This document shows, piece after piece, positions 47,222 through 55,802 of a DNA stretch of 64,000 nt (position 1 is its first letter; each line of letters starts with the position of its first letter). Location of the stretch: assembly GCA_964643235.1 (NCBI GenBank), contig CAZXSL010000001.1, forward strand, positions 209 to 64,208, written 5' to 3'. Below the pieces are notes generated by a model that was not told where the DNA came from, did no database searches, and saw only the letters and a program-made list of their open reading frames with translations. The DNA is from an uncultured Sphingobacteriaceae bacterium. GTDB lineage: Bacteria; Bacteroidota; Bacteroidia; Sphingobacteriales; Sphingobacteriaceae. Both the position numbers and the translations under genes were made by a program.

Positions 47222-47408
47222 ACGTGCCGGAGGGAGATGGGGGGTGTTGTGGCCACTTCTGGGAAGAGAAATCGAGTGAGGCGAGCGTCGTCGACCAATT
47301 TGGTTGGAATTCGGCTGGATGGGCCGAAGGGCAGCACTAAAATGTCTACATTTAGTGTTTAATAGTAAAATCCGCTGGCCTTTTCCTTGCTTGTTTGGGA
47401 GGAAAGTA

Positions 47409-47416
47409 TAACTTTG
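47409..47416 (+). promoter_or_regulatory. Candidate -7 box for gnd
   Basis: TAACTTTG, 27 nt upstream of ATG 47444, followed by an A-rich leader. Confidence 0.5.
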
Positions 47417-47443
47417 GGGTGCAAAAAAAAATTAGAGAATAAC

Positions 47444-48898
47444 ATGCAAGAAAAATCTGACATAGGTGTCATTGGAATCGCCGTGATGGGGGAAAACCTA
47501 ATCCTCAACATGGAGAGTAAAGGTTTTCACGTGACGGCATACAACCGCACGGTCGACAAGGTAGAGCGCTTTATCAACGGACGCGCGAAAGGCAAGAATA
47601 TTTACGGTGCGATGTCCATAGAGGACTTCATTAAATCGTTAAAGCGCCCGCGCAAAATCATGTTGATGGTTAAGGCGGGCAAGCCGGTCGACGATTTCAT
47701 CGAAACGCTGATTCCCCATCTGGAGCCAGGTGACATCATCATCGACGGTGGCAACTCCCACTTCCCAGACACTGAGCGCCGGACGGCTTATGTAGAAAGC
47801 AAAGGTTTGTTATACGTAGGTACGGGTGTATCGGGTGGGGAAGAAGGTGCATTGTTGGGCCCTTCCATCATGCCGGGCGGATCAAAGGCTGCATGGCCTG
47901 CGGTGAAGCCTATTTTCCAGTCCATCGCCGCGAAAGTCGAGGATGGGACGCCATGTTGCGATTGGGTGGGCGACGGCGGTGCTGGGCATTTCGTCAAAAT
48001 GGTGCACAACGGAATCGAATATGGCGATATGCAGCTCATCAACGAAACTTACCACATCATGAAGGACGTACTCGGCATGACGCCTGACGAGATGCACGAA
48101 GTTTTCAAAGAGTGGAACGAAGGTGAGCTGGATAGCTATTTGATCGAAATTACCCGCGATATTTTGGCGTTTAAGGACGAATACGGACAGCCCTTGGTCG
48201 ACAAGATTCTCGATACGGCCGGACAGAAGGGGACAGGCAAATGGACGGGAACAGTAGCTTTGGAACTTGGCGTTCCGTTGACATTAATCGCCGAATCGGT
48301 GTTCGCACGTTGTTTGTCGGCATTGAAAGAGGAGCGCGTCGCGGCCTCCAAAGTGCTTTCCGGACCGACGCCTGCATTTGAAGGCGACCGTCAAGCTTTC
48401 CTTAACGACCTGCGCGATGCACTCTATGCTGCCAAGGTTATTTCCTATGCCCAAGGCTACCAAATGATGGCGTCAGCGGCAAAAGAATACGGCTGGTCAT
48501 TGAATTATGGCAGTATCGCACTGATGTGGCGCGAGGGATGCATCATCCGCTCAGCATTCCTCGGCGAAATCAAAAAAGCATTCGATAAAAATCCGGATCT
48601 CCAAAACCTGATTTTGGATGATTTCTTCCGTGAGAAAATACAAGCCGCTCAGGCGGGATGGCGCCGAGTAGTAGCCGTGGCCGTGACGAATGGCATCCCG
48701 GCTCCGTGCTTGTCTGCGGGATTGATTTATTATGATGGGTATCGTTGCGAGCGTTTGCCTGCAAACCTCCTGCAAGCACAGCGCGATTATTTCGGTGCGC
48801 ATACCTACGAGCGGTTGGACAAACCTCGTGGCGAATTCTTCCACACCAACTGGACTGGACGCGGCGGGGAAACGTCGTCAACGACGTACGACGTGTAA
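47444..48898 (+). CDS. gnd: NADP-dependent 6-phosphogluconate dehydrogenase (decarboxylating)
   Basis: IGVIGIAVMGENL, GGNSHF.DT, VGDGGAGHFVKMVHNGIEYGDMQLI, QRDYFGAHTYER. Confidence 0.95.
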   Translation: MQEKSDIGVIGIAVMGENLILNMESKGFHVTAYNRTVDKVERFINGRAKGKNIYGAMSIEDFIKSLKRPRKIMLMVKAGKPVDDFIETLIPHLEPGDIIIDGGNSHFPDTERRTAYVESKGLLYVGTGVSGGEEGALLGPSIMPGGSKAAWPAVKPIFQSIAAKVEDGTPCCDWVGDGGAGHFVKMVHNGIEYGDMQLINETYHIMKDVLGMTPDEMHEVFKEWNEGELDSYLIEITRDILAFKDEYGQPLVDKILDTAGQKGTGKWTGTVALELGVPLTLIAESVFARCLSALKEERVAASKVLSGPTPAFEGDRQAFLNDLRDALYAAKVISYAQGYQMMASAAKEYGWSLNYGSIALMWREGCIIRSAFLGEIKKAFDKNPDLQNLILDDFFREKIQAAQAGWRRVVAVAVTNGIPAPCLSAGLIYYDGYRCERLPANLLQAQRDYFGAHTYERLDKPRGEFFHTNWTGRGGETSSTTYDV

Positions 48899-48925
48899 GC
48901 CACGTCATATTCTTCAAACAAAAAA

Positions 48926-48943
48926 AGCGGCTTTCTAGCCGCT
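48926..48943. terminator. Bidirectional intrinsic terminator
   Basis: AAAAAAA-AGCGGC-tttcta-GCCGCT-TTTTTT between gnd (+) and lspA (-). Confidence 0.75.
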
Positions 48944-48985
48944 TTTTTTATGTTGTATAAATCCTGGACTACCGCCCAAGCGATA

Positions 48986-49636
48986 TCAATCTTCCCTGAT
49001 TTCGCTGTTATAGCTTTCCGGCTCGATGAATTCCTCCTTGAAATACCGTTTCTGGTAAATCAAGATAAGTGCGACACCCACCGTGATTGCCGAGTCGGCG
49101 ATATTGAATACGGGCCTAAAGAAGATGAACTCCTCGCCACCCCAAAAGGGGAACCAAGAGGGATAGGTGCCATTAATCAGCGGAAAATAAAGCATGTCAA
49201 CCACCTTGCCGTGGAAGAGACGGGAATAGCCTCCCTCCGGCGGAAACAGCTGAGCCTTATCAAACCAGGTGCTCTCGCTAAAAATGATTCCGTAGAACGT
49301 CGAATCGATAATGTTACCCAGCGCACCGGCAAAAATAAGCGACACGTTGAGGATAAATCCCCGATGATACTTCTTCTGGATCATGTAGTGCAGGCCATAG
49401 CCAATGCCAATGACCGCCACAATGCGAAACAAGGACAGGGCTAGTTTGCCGGTTTCACCGCCAAACTCCAAGCCGAATGCCATGCCATTGTTTTCCGTAA
49501 AATGGATAATAAATCTGTCCCAAAGGATGCGGTATTCCTGTCCTAAGGTCATGTTCAGTTTAATCCAAAACTTGGAGATTTGGTCTGCCACCAAAACAGC
49601 CAAAATCAGGAAAACCGGTTTCGTATAGCCTTTCAT
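48986..49636 (-). CDS. lspA: Lipoprotein signal peptidase (signal peptidase II)
   Basis: DQ.SK....N..GMAFG.....GNIIDS..G.VVD..F..FNIAD. Alternative start 49657. Confidence 0.9.
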   Translation of the reverse strand: MKGYTKPVFLILAVLVADQISKFWIKLNMTLGQEYRILWDRFIIHFTENNGMAFGLEFGGETGKLALSLFRIVAVIGIGYGLHYMIQKKYHRGFILNVSLIFAGALGNIIDSTFYGIIFSESTWFDKAQLFPPEGGYSRLFHGKVVDMLYFPLINGTYPSWFPFWGGEEFIFFRPVFNIADSAITVGVALILIYQKRYFKEEFIEPESYNSEIRED

Positions 49637-49726
49637 GGGTGCGCTGTAAGCTTCCACTATCCCTTCCTGATGCGTTTTTTACGGCTCAGGGCGGAGGAAT
49701 AGCATTGCCGTGCAGGACGTGTTTTC

Positions 49727-50113
49727 CTAATATTGTTTCATTTTTGCTTCCATGCTCAGCGTCGTATGCGGAACAGCCCGCAAACGCTCCTTTTGGATCA
49801 ACTTGCCCGTTTCGCGGCAGATGCCATAGGTCTTGTTTTCAATACGCACCAGCGCAGCCTCCAAGTTGTCGATAAACTTCTTTTGGCGCGCGGCTAATTG
49901 GTTAGTCTGCTCTTTTTCAAGCGTTGCCGAGCCGTCTTCGAGCGTCTTAAATGTACCGGCGGTGTCGTCCGTTCCGTTTGCATTAGCGGCATTCATTGAT
50001 TTTGTCAGCGCAGAAAGTTCTTCGCGCGCAACGCGCAACTTCTCGTTGATGATCTCCTTGAACTCTTGCAGTTCGGCATCACTATACCTTGTTTTTTCTG
50101 TTTTATTTGCCAT
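49727..50113 (-). CDS. TraR/DksA-family zinc-finger regulator
   Basis: Coiled-coil N-terminus, C-terminal YGICRETGKLIQKERLRAVPHTT; lies between ileS and lspA as in many Bacteroidota. Confidence 0.82.
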   Translation of the reverse strand: MANKTEKTRYSDAELQEFKEIINEKLRVAREELSALTKSMNAANANGTDDTAGTFKTLEDGSATLEKEQTNQLAARQKKFIDNLEAALVRIENKTYGICRETGKLIQKERLRAVPHTTLSMEAKMKQY

Positions 50114-50116
50114 GAT

Positions 50117-53100
50117 TTATACCTTTTCAATTAATACCTTCAATTCCTGTTCCACAATTTCTATCGTATCCCCCGTCGAAAGACCGCTTTCAAACGTGAC
50201 GGAGTCTGCCAGAATTTCGGTGCGAATATAAGATAAATTATCCATAGCTGCTTGGGCGATGTCGCTTACATTGCTCACGCTGACGTGGATACGGTCCGTA
50301 ACCTCCAAGCCTTTTTCCTTACGTAGGTTTTGAATACGATTCACCAGCTCCCTGGAGATGCCTTCGTTGCGCAGTGCCGGCGTGATGTTAACATCGAGCG
50401 CTACGGTCAACGAGCCGAGGTTGGCCACTTGCCACCCAGCCACGTCCTCAGCGATGATGTCCACGTCGGCGGTGGTGATCGTGTATCCGGCCACGGAAAT
50501 TTGCCCGTCGCGTTCTAATACGTTGATTTCTTCCATCCCGAAGGTTTGTATGGCGGCAGCTACGGTCTTCATGTCCTTGCCTACCTTTGGCCCCAGCGCC
50601 TTGAAGTTGGGTTTGATTTTCTTCTTGATGACACCCGAGGTGTCCGTAATGAATTCGATCGCCTTAATGTTCGTTTCGGATAGGATGAGGTCCTTCACGC
50701 GGTCAACCTTTTCGGCGAAAGTCGCGTTCAGTACCGGAACCAAAATCTTGTTAAGCGGTTGGCGCACATTGATGCCCGTTTTCTTGCGCAATGATAGCAC
50801 CAGGGAAGAGATGTCCTGTGCCAAAGCCATCCGCTCTTCCAGTGCTAGATCCACCAATTCGGCGCGGTATGCCGGGAAATCCGCCAAATGCACGGACTCT
50901 GCACCTTCTTTTTTGGTCGCGCTATCCAAGTCGAGGTATAAGCGGTCACTGAAGAAGGGCGCAATCGGCGACATGAGCTTGGCTACCGTCACGAGGCAGG
51001 TGTACAGGGTTTGGTAGGCCGATATTTTGTCAACCGTGTAGTCACCCTTCCAGAACCGGCGACGGCAGAGCCGCACGTACCAGTTACTCAGGTGCTCATC
51101 CACAAATGTTTGCATGGCGCGCGCCGCTTTAGTGGGCTCAAAGTCTGCGTAGTGCCCATCCACCTCTTTCGTCAGGCTGTTAAGAAGGGAAATAATCCAC
51201 CTGTCGATTTCTGGTCTATCCGCGAGTGCAATGTCATTTTCTTTGTATGCAAAGCGGTCGATATTGGCATACAGTGCAAAAAACGCATAGGTGTTGTGTA
51301 GCGTTCCGAAAAACTTGCGACGCACCTCATCGATGCCGTCCTCGTTAAACTTGAGGTTGTCCCACGGGGCCGCATTGCTGATCATGTACCAACGTGTGGC
51401 ATCCGCACTGTATTTTTCGATGGTCTCAAACGGATCGACCGCGTTGCCCAAGCGTTTGGACATCTTGTTGCCGTTTTTGTCAAGCACCAAGCCGTTAGAT
51501 ACCACGTTCTTGAACGATACGGACTTTCTAAGCATGGTGGAAATGGCATGGAGCGTGAAGAACCATCCGCGGGTCTGGTCGACGCCCTCGGCAATGAAGT
51601 CGGCGGGGTAGGCCCCTTCGAATCCGTCCTTGAAAGGCGTTTCGTGTCCTGCGGCCAATTTCGCATGGTCAAGTCCCCATTGTGCAAAGGGCATCGCCCC
51701 ACTATCAAACCATACGTCAATGAGGTCGGGTTCCCGGAACATTTTCTGGCCCGATTCGGATACCAGGATGATGTCGTCCACATAGGGGCGGTGCAAGTCG
51801 AGGTTGCCATCCTGTATGGTGCTCAGGTACTGTTGCAGTTTGTCGCGCTCGCTTTGGTCCAACACGTCGGATTGCAAGGCATGTTCGATACGTTCCTTCA
51901 GTTCGCTAATCGAGCCTATGCAGATTTCCTCGTTTTCGTCCTCTGTGCGCCAAATCGGCAAGGGCGTGCCCCAATACCGAGAGCGGGAGAGGTTCCAGTC
52001 TACTAGGTTCTCCAGCCAGTTGCCGAAGCGTCCGGTGCCCGTTGCTTCCGGCTTCCAATTGATGGTCTTATTGAGGGCGATCAGATCGTCCTTGACGGCT
52101 GTCGTTCGGATAAACCAGCTGTCTAGCGGGTAGTAAAGCACCGGCTTGTCTGTACGCCAGCAGTGGGGGTAGCTGTGCTCGTACTTTTTCACGTCGAATG
52201 CTTTGTTTTCCTCCTTGAGTTTGATGGCGATCAATACGTCGGTAGGGCGGAAGCTCTCCGCATTGCGTTCCGCTTCGGTGTAATACTCCTCTTTGACATA
52301 GCGTCCGCCCAGCTCGCCCAGCTCCTTGACGAAGCGGCCTTGGCGGTCAACGATCGGCACGTCCTTGCCGCTCTCGTCCTTCACGAACACGCCTGGAACG
52401 TCGTTTTCCTTACTCACCCGGAAGTCGTCTGCGCCGAAGGTAGCCGACGAGTGCACGATGCCCGTACCGTCTTCGGTGGTAACGAAATCGCCCGGAATAA
52501 CCCTGAATGCCTTGCTTTCCAATTCGTCGTTGGTGATATAAGGCATGAGTTGATGGTAGCGTAGGTTGACAAGTTCGGCGCCAGAAAATTCGGCGGCTAT
52601 TTCCCAGGGGATAAGTTTGTCGCCGCCTTTGTACTCGGTAAAAGGAGCGTTCTTTGCTTCCTTCTTAAAATAATTGGACACCAAATCTTTGGCAAGTACT
52701 ACACTAATGGGAGCGTAGGTGTATTGGTTGAACGTACGAATCTTAACGTATTCGATGTTTTTACCAACGACCAGCGCGCTATTGGCCGGTAACGTCCACG
52801 GTGTGGTGGTCCAAGCCAGGAAAACAGTCTGTTCGTCGTCCAGTTCAAACAACTTCGGCATAGCCGGATGCGTTTGATCCCTGCGGATGGCGAACTGCGC
52901 CACGATTGAGGTGTCTTTTACTTGTTTGTAGGTTCCTGGCTGGTTAAGTTCGTGCGAACTGAGGCCCGTGCCCGCGGCGGGCGAATAAGGCTGGATCGTG
53001 TAGCCTTTATACAACAGTCCCTTCTTATAGAGTTCCTTCAGCATCCACCACAAGGTTTCGATATATTCGTTCTCGTACGTGACGTAGGGGTTCTCGAGGT

Positions 53101-53524
53101 CAACCCAATATCCCATTTTGGTCGTCAAGTCGTTCCAAACGTCGGTGTACTTCATTACCTCCTTGCGGCAGGCAGCGTTATAGTCGGCTACCGAGATGGT
53201 GTTGCCGATGTCGTCTTTGGTAATTCCCAAGGTTTTTTCGACGGCAAGCTCAATGGGCAACCCATGTGTATCCCAGCCCCCTTTGCGCTTCACTTGGTAG
53301 CCTTTGAGCGTTTTATAGCGACAGAAGATGTCCTTGATAGCGCGCGCCATCACGTGGTGAATCCCTGGCATGCCATTCGCCGAAGGCGGACCCTCATAAA
53401 ACGTGTACGGTTTGTCTGCTGGCCGCTGGCTGATACTTTTCTCAAAGATTCCCTTGTCGTTCCATCGGTCCAAGATTTCCTTGCCGGTCTGGGATAAATC
53501 CAGTTGTTTGTATTCCTTGTACAT
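50117..53524 (-). CDS. ileS: Isoleucine--tRNA ligase
   Basis: PPSANGMPGIHH (HIGH), KMSKRLGN (KMSKS), large CP1 editing domain. Start at ATG 53524 (MYKEYKQLDL); the 76-codon upstream extension is rejected. Confidence 0.97.
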   Translation of the reverse strand: MYKEYKQLDLSQTGKEILDRWNDKGIFEKSISQRPADKPYTFYEGPPSANGMPGIHHVMARAIKDIFCRYKTLKGYQVKRKGGWDTHGLPIELAVEKTLGITKDDIGNTISVADYNAACRKEVMKYTDVWNDLTTKMGYWVDLENPYVTYENEYIETLWWMLKELYKKGLLYKGYTIQPYSPAAGTGLSSHELNQPGTYKQVKDTSIVAQFAIRRDQTHPAMPKLFELDDEQTVFLAWTTTPWTLPANSALVVGKNIEYVKIRTFNQYTYAPISVVLAKDLVSNYFKKEAKNAPFTEYKGGDKLIPWEIAAEFSGAELVNLRYHQLMPYITNDELESKAFRVIPGDFVTTEDGTGIVHSSATFGADDFRVSKENDVPGVFVKDESGKDVPIVDRQGRFVKELGELGGRYVKEEYYTEAERNAESFRPTDVLIAIKLKEENKAFDVKKYEHSYPHCWRTDKPVLYYPLDSWFIRTTAVKDDLIALNKTINWKPEATGTGRFGNWLENLVDWNLSRSRYWGTPLPIWRTEDENEEICIGSISELKERIEHALQSDVLDQSERDKLQQYLSTIQDGNLDLHRPYVDDIILVSESGQKMFREPDLIDVWFDSGAMPFAQWGLDHAKLAAGHETPFKDGFEGAYPADFIAEGVDQTRGWFFTLHAISTMLRKSVSFKNVVSNGLVLDKNGNKMSKRLGNAVDPFETIEKYSADATRWYMISNAAPWDNLKFNEDGIDEVRRKFFGTLHNTYAFFALYANIDRFAYKENDIALADRPEIDRWIISLLNSLTKEVDGHYADFEPTKAARAMQTFVDEHLSNWYVRLCRRRFWKGDYTVDKISAYQTLYTCLVTVAKLMSPIAPFFSDRLYLDLDSATKKEGAESVHLADFPAYRAELVDLALEERMALAQDISSLVLSLRKKTGINVRQPLNKILVPVLNATFAEKVDRVKDLILSETNIKAIEFITDTSGVIKKKIKPNFKALGPKVGKDMKTVAAAIQTFGMEEINVLERDGQISVAGYTITTADVDIIAEDVAGWQVANLGSLTVALDVNITPALRNEGISRELVNRIQNLRKEKGLEVTDRIHVSVSNVSDIAQAAMDNLSYIRTEILADSVTFESGLSTGDTIEIVEQELKVLIEKV

Positions 53525-53616
53525 GTAATCGCGTGTATCCGGTGAGTACCGTTTCGCATCCCTGCGTTTAGCTTTCGGTGCTGCGAAATAGGCATTCGTT
53601 GCCCAAAATAAGGATG

Positions 53617-53624
53617 CAAAGATA
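53617..53624 (-). promoter_or_regulatory. Candidate -7 box for the ileS-dksA-lspA operon
   Basis: Minus-strand TATCTTTG, about 92 nt upstream of ATG 53524. It lies inside the rejected N-terminal ORF extension. Confidence 0.45.
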
Positions 53625-53851
53625 CAGAAAATTGGCGGGAATGTAAAGGTTAAAATCCCATTTGGTAAGGTAAAAACGGATATTTTTCGGCGGTTGAAAG
53701 CACGACGCCACAGGCGGTCTCGAAGGCGCTGCCGAGTCAGAATTCTTGCCATAAGACAAGCCTAGTAGGTGGGAGAGCCCTTAATTTTACAGGCTGATGG
53801 CGTCGGGCGACAAGCTGCCCGTTATGCCAGCGCAATTAGACAATTGTCAGG

Positions 53852-54691
53852 ATGGAAAGTAAGATTATCCCTTGCCTGTGGTTTAGAGCGGAAGCAGCCG
53901 AAGCCATGGAGTTTTATCAGTCAGTGTTCCCCGACAGTAAGATAATCCGCCATGATCCGCTATTCGTGCTTGGCTCATTGGGCGGTATTCCCTTCCTGGC
54001 GCTTAATGGAGGGCCCAAAGCCATACAACCTAATCCCTCGATTTCGTTTATGGTGACCTGCGAGCGGCGCGAGGAGATTGATACGATGTGGTCAAAGCTT
54101 TCGGCAGGAGGGAGTGTGTATATGGAATTGGCGACGTATCCCTGGAGCGACTACTACGGTTGGGTTGCCGACAAGTATGGGTTTACTTGGCAACTTTATT
54201 TAGGGAAACTGGAAGACGTCCAATACCAGCGGGTGGTACCCACGCTGATGTTTTGTGGCCCGACGCAAGGGAATTGTGAGCTGGCATTGCGTTTGTACGA
54301 GGGGTTGTTTCCCGATTTCAATGCGCACGGCATCATGCGGTACCCCGAAGGGGAATTCCAAGGGCAGGTTGTCCATGCCCAATTCGACATCGCCGAGTTT
54401 GTGTTGGCAGCGATGGATAGCGGCGTACCACAGGACTTCACGTTCAACGAGTCGGTCTCCCTAAGCGTGATGTGCGCGGATCAAACCGAAATCGATCATT
54501 ATTGGGATGGATTTACCCGCATGGGTACGGAATTGCCTTGTGGGTGGTGCCGCGATCCGTATGGCGTGCACTGGCAGGTGGTGCCACGCAAAATATACGA
54601 GCTCATGACGGAGGCTCCTAACGCTAAGCAAGCCTTTGCTGCCATGTTGAACATGAAAAAACTCATCATAACAGACCTAGAAAATGCTTGA
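53852..54691 (+). CDS. VOC-superfamily protein, tandem PhnB/3-demethylubiquinone-9 3-methyltransferase-like domains
   Basis: KIIPCLWF...AEEAMEFY.SVF (domain 1) and VPTLMF.G..G.CE.AL.LY (domain 2); WCRDPYGVHWQV. Confidence 0.72.
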   Translation: MESKIIPCLWFRAEAAEAMEFYQSVFPDSKIIRHDPLFVLGSLGGIPFLALNGGPKAIQPNPSISFMVTCERREEIDTMWSKLSAGGSVYMELATYPWSDYYGWVADKYGFTWQLYLGKLEDVQYQRVVPTLMFCGPTQGNCELALRLYEGLFPDFNAHGIMRYPEGEFQGQVVHAQFDIAEFVLAAMDSGVPQDFTFNESVSLSVMCADQTEIDHYWDGFTRMGTELPCGWCRDPYGVHWQVVPRKIYELMTEAPNAKQAFAAMLNMKKLIITDLENA

Positions 54692-55064
54692 TGTACAGTA
54701 CCCCAACGATTGTGGAAATGCACCTAAAAAGAAAGTAATCCTAGCGCTTAACATCGCCTTTGCCAAAGGAGATGTCGAGGGCGTAAGGGCATTCCTAGCT
54801 CCCGACGCCATCTGGGAAATGGTCGGGGACAAGGTGCTGCACGGTCACGAGGAAATAGTCAATTCGCTTAGGGAGATGGCGGGTTACCAAGCCCGGAAGC
54901 TAGAACTGTTGCAGATTATTACCCACGGTAAGGACGCCAGCGCCCGCGGTGTGTTGGAGTTTGCGAATAATCGTGTTCGCTTTGCTGATTTTTATGAGTT
55001 CACTTCAGCTGGCTCTAGTAAACTAAAGCGAATAACCTCATTCGCAATGGATGAGCATTTTTAA
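54684..55064 (+). CDS. NTF2/SnoaL-like protein
   Basis: ~125 aa; FLAPDAIWEMVGDKVLHGHEEI pattern. Start overlaps the upstream stop by 8 nt. Confidence 0.55.
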   Translation: MLDVQYPNDCGNAPKKKVILALNIAFAKGDVEGVRAFLAPDAIWEMVGDKVLHGHEEIVNSLREMAGYQARKLELLQIITHGKDASARGVLEFANNRVRFADFYEFTSAGSSKLKRITSFAMDEHF

Positions 55065-55079
55065 GTGCGGCACGCTACC

Positions 55080-55637
55080 TTACACGCGCAGGCATCCGCG
55101 GAATCCACGGGCGGCGTAGTACGATTCGGCACCGTTGTGATACACGAATACCTGCCCGTACCGCCAGTCGCCGAAAATGGCGCCACCGCGCTCGCGGATA
55201 TTCGTGGGCGTGGCTAGCCAGCTCGATGTTTTTGTGTCTACAGGTTGCAGATCCTGCAGCTGCCGGTATTGTGATTCGGTAAGCAGTTCGATACCCATCT
55301 CGGCAGCCATCCCCACAGCGCTGTGCGCCGGCTTATGTTGCTTGCGCGATTCCAAGGCTTCTTGATCATAACATACGCTTCTTCGGCCCTTTGGGCTTTC
55401 GGCCACACAGTCGAAAAACAATAACTCGCCAGAGGTGCTATCTTTACCGACGACGTCCGGTTCCCCTCCCGTCATTTCCATCGCGTGAAGCGACCAAAGT
55501 TTTGCCGGATGCTGTTCCAACTTGATTCGTACTTCGTCCCATTGTATCTCGGGGTGGTGCGAGGCATTCTTCTTAAATCGTTCCTGTAGGATGGCCAGCA
55601 AATTTTTGCGTTCGGTGTCAGTGAGCGTCTTATTCAT
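55080..55637 (-). CDS. DUF4256 domain protein
   Basis: MEMTGGEPDVVG..FFDC..ESP.GRRS.CYD..KTSSWL.TP..IR..GGAIFGD.RYG.VFVYHNGA.SYY. ATG 55637. Confidence 0.68.
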   Translation of the reverse strand: MNKTLTDTERKNLLAILQERFKKNASHHPEIQWDEVRIKLEQHPAKLWSLHAMEMTGGEPDVVGKDSTSGELLFFDCVAESPKGRRSVCYDQEALESRKQHKPAHSAVGMAAEMGIELLTESQYRQLQDLQPVDTKTSSWLATPTNIRERGGAIFGDWRYGQVFVYHNGAESYYAARGFRGCLRV

Positions 55638-55707
55638 GGCAACGTTCGTATACGTGATAATTCGGTTTATTTGGGCTGTTTGCACAGCCAGACCCATTAG
55701 GCTATCG

Positions 55708-55715
55708 CAAATGTA
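55708..55715 (-). promoter_or_regulatory. Candidate -7 box for the DUF4256 gene
   Basis: Minus-strand TACATTTG, about 70 nt upstream of ATG 55637 and downstream of the vWA terminator. Confidence 0.4.
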
Positions 55716-55762
55716 ACCATCATAGGCGTTACTTCGGAGAAAAAAACCTGAAAAAAGGTAAA

Positions 55763-55792
55763 GGGTGCAGGTATTGTTTTGGGCCTGCACCC
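55763..55792 (-). terminator. Intrinsic terminator of the vWA gene
   Basis: Minus strand: GGGTGCAGG-12 nt-CCTGCACCC immediately after the TAA, followed by TTTACCTTTTTTCAGGTTTTTTT. Confidence 0.7.
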
Positions 55793-55802
55793 CTCCACTC
55801 AT

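Noticed and set aside
53525-53616. Possible T-box or other leader element in the ~90-nt ileS 5' UTR, and upstream of cysS.
   Set aside because: No specifier-loop/T-box sequence (AGAGA..UGGNACC-like) or terminator/antiterminator pair is seen, and T-boxes are not expected in Bacteroidota.
53525-53752. N-terminal ORF extensions: ileS +76 codons, cysS 34366-34470, GT2 5173-5277, DUF4256 55638-55802, galM 33188, GMC small subunit 7636, and others.
   Set aside because: The extensions lack homology-like sequence. Several begin with GTG/TTG, contain promoter boxes or overlap neighbouring genes. The internal ATGs give canonical N-termini.
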